Notes under the pieces: model-generated | The model's database searches: none | The model's input: the letters and a program-made list of their open reading frames with translations, nothing else | Told to the model about the DNA's origin: nothing | NCBI GenBank assembly: GCA_008632985.1 | Contig: QPGO01000012.1 | Coordinates: 1-64,000, forward strand | Reading direction: 5' to 3' | Source of the DNA: Psammoneis japonica | Lineage: Eukaryota | Length of the DNA stretch: 64,000 bases | Part shown: in pieces, positions 61,641-64,000 of the stretch | Numbering within the stretch: the first letter of the stretch is position 1 | How the letters are laid out: each line of letters begins with the position of its first letter | Position numbers and translations under genes: made by a program

Positions 61641-63490
61641 ATGATGCAACGGACGTTGGTTTCAGCAACTTACAGTCTTGGTAAGAAGCATCTTGCGGCC
61701 ATTGGTACTTTAGGTAGATACAATAGACGAAAGCAAGAGGTACTGAGATGCTTTTCGGCCTCAAAGAATGACGAGAGACTTATTGATGAGAATAATCGCT
61801 CCTTGGGAATCGGTAAGACAATGACTTTCAACACTGGTTCTTCCAAAACGTTCTCAACCTTCAAGGGAGCCTCGGCCGATACATTAGGAATCGAGGCGAC
61901 ACGACAGCGAAGGCAAGCCATTCGAGATTTAATGGGCGACCCTCAGCAGTCTCCTGCAGGACCGTTGTTCGGGAATAATATAGTTCATGACGAGGATGAA
62001 GGAGGAGATGCGGATATGTTTCTGGACGAAATGAAAGTAAAGCCAACCAAGAGCGAAAATTTTATTCCTCAAATCCCTCTGCATGGCGCTGATGGGCGAC
62101 GACGAAAGCGAGTTCTAATGTGAGTGAAGTAACTTATTTTGTTGAGTTTTCTTCTGTTGGATCGTTGGCTAACAAGTAGCGTGCTTTCAACCACCCTGCT
62201 ATAGCTTGTGTTCTGGGGGCACTTTGACAATGGCTCCTGATCCAGCAAAGGGTGGTGCTCTCGCGCCGGTACAAGGTGCTCTTTTGAATTATCTGAAAGA
62301 AATGACTGAATTAAACAATGATCAAATGCCAGAAGTTGTCGCGCATGAGTACGATCCGTTCCTTGATTCTTCGGATCTTGGTCCCGCAGATTGGAGTTTG
62401 CTGGCAAATGACATCAAAGCGAACTATCTACACTTTGATGGATTTGTCGTTTGTATGGGCACGGATACAATGGCCTATACCGCTACAGCACTCGCGTTCC
62501 AGTTGGAGAATTTGGGCAAGCCTGTTGTCTTTACTGGGTCACAAATTCCAATGTGCGAACCGTACAACGACGCTCGGCGCAACCTCATTATGGCACTTAT
62601 TTTCGCTTCACGGGATACTATAAACGAGGTCTCCATCTTCTTCCACGACAGGTTGCTTAGGGCTTGTCGTTCAACCAAAGTCAATACGCACCGGCTACTG
62701 GCCTTTGACTCCCCTAATCTGGATCCATTGGCGAAAATCGGCATCACCATTGACGAGAATGAACATTTGGTGTTACCGCCTGCACGAGGCGCTCTTCGCG
62801 TCCACACCCGCATGGACACGCGGCTCCTTACTCTTCGATTGGTTCCCGGATTTGACGATGGCATGATTCGACACATGATCGAAGCCAATGTGGAAAGCAA
62901 CAAGTTGAAGGCACTTGTCTTGCAGTTGTATGGAACAGGAAACGTTCCCTCTGTGAAAGAATCATTTATCGAGTTGTTGTCGGACGCGGCTGAAAAGGGT
63001 ATCCTCGTCGTGGCATCGACTCAGTGCTTTACTGGGAGCGTCATGATGGGCCACTATGCGACTGGACAAGCTCTGGAAAGTGCTGGTGTCGTTTCGGCCA
63101 GTGACATGACCGTCGAGGCTATTTCCTGTAAACTCGCATACTTATTCGGGTGAGTGACAATGGTGCGATTGAGTACGGCGCGAACTTTCACCCAACAGAA
63201 AACTCACTTTTACTTCATGACCGTGTTGTGTTCTATGAAACTCTCAGGAGAGGTGATCTCACTCAAGATGAAGTCGCAAAGTTGATGGGTGTGTCGCTAA
63301 GAGGAGAAAGTATGTTGCTCTATAATGGTGCCTGATCCATCGAGTTATTGAAAGACAATCGTAATATCTAACCCACTCCTTTTTTGTCTTTTTCTTGCGG
63401 AAAACAGTGACTCCCCCGGAAGCACTATCGCCGCCACCCCTTTCAAGTGCCTACCAACGCGCTTCTCGAAAGGGAAAGAAATATTACTAG
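61641..63490 (+). CDS. Type I L-asparaginase; introns 62120-62204, 63150-63247 and 63310-63407
   Basis: ILCSGGTL, DSSD, GTDTMAY, PVVFTGSQ and LYGTGN; three in-phase GT-AG introns; stop TAG at 63490. Confidence 0.92.
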
Positions 63491-64000
63491 AGAAAGAAAC
63501 AGGCAAATGTCAGGCACTGCTTGATTGTGTCATGCTACGATGTTTCACTATAAGATACACTTTACACCCTATACCTGTATTCGTCATGGAGTTGGACCAA
63601 GCGTCGGTCCATCTGTTGGACTAATGCCAAATGCAGATTCCAACTTATTGATGAACCGCTACGTGCTTTTTATTAGATGACCTTGACTGATGACAACAAC
63701 CTTGTTCCTCCCTGCTCAGGCAGCGCAGCGCGGCCGCGTGGCGCAGTGCAGTCCACCCTTGCTCCATCACCATCACCCCATCAGAGACCCCATCATTGTT
63801 CTCTTGTCAGCATCAACTTCATAATAAGGTCGAACATGGATTTGCTCGTGAAAGAAGAGAACGAGCCACCCCTGCAACAAGTGGAGTGAAAAGTTAAAAG
63901 AGGTGATGCAGCCCTCGTTTCTCACCAAGAAGGAGAGATGTCGTGGACCTCGGTCCTGCACATTGGCAAACACTTGATCAGCGTGCAGCAGAAAGTGAAC

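Overview
Eukaryotic genomic window, most likely a diatom or related stramenopile. This is inferred from short GT-AG introns, a bipartite plastid-targeting leader, CoDi-like Copia elements and expanded MYND genes. It has three N-gaps. Two kinds of DNA alternate. (1) Ordinary gene islands: an M6-like metalloprotease 3' end, PAH, a plastid protein, TruA, a PDZ protein, AASDH, MYND genes, a papain-like protein, an ExoIII/APE nuclease, GT92, a JmjC/cupin oxygenase and asparaginase. (2) Sharply bounded domains (~3070-4986, 5383-11880, 26560-37650, 39600-49150, 53940-57100, 63680-end) made of transposon and gene-copy remnants in which both CpG and TpA are strongly depleted in favour of TpG/CpA. Five internal copy pairs show the direction directly: TA->TG or TA->CA, i.e. 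A:T->G:C at TpA. This is the reverse of fungal RIP, is partly uncoupled from CpG decay, and turns Tyr codons into Cys/His (RT YVDD->CVDD). It looks like a repeat-domain-targeted hypermutation system that I do not recognise as described, and it is the main finding. All counts are by-hand tallies; no database searches were run.
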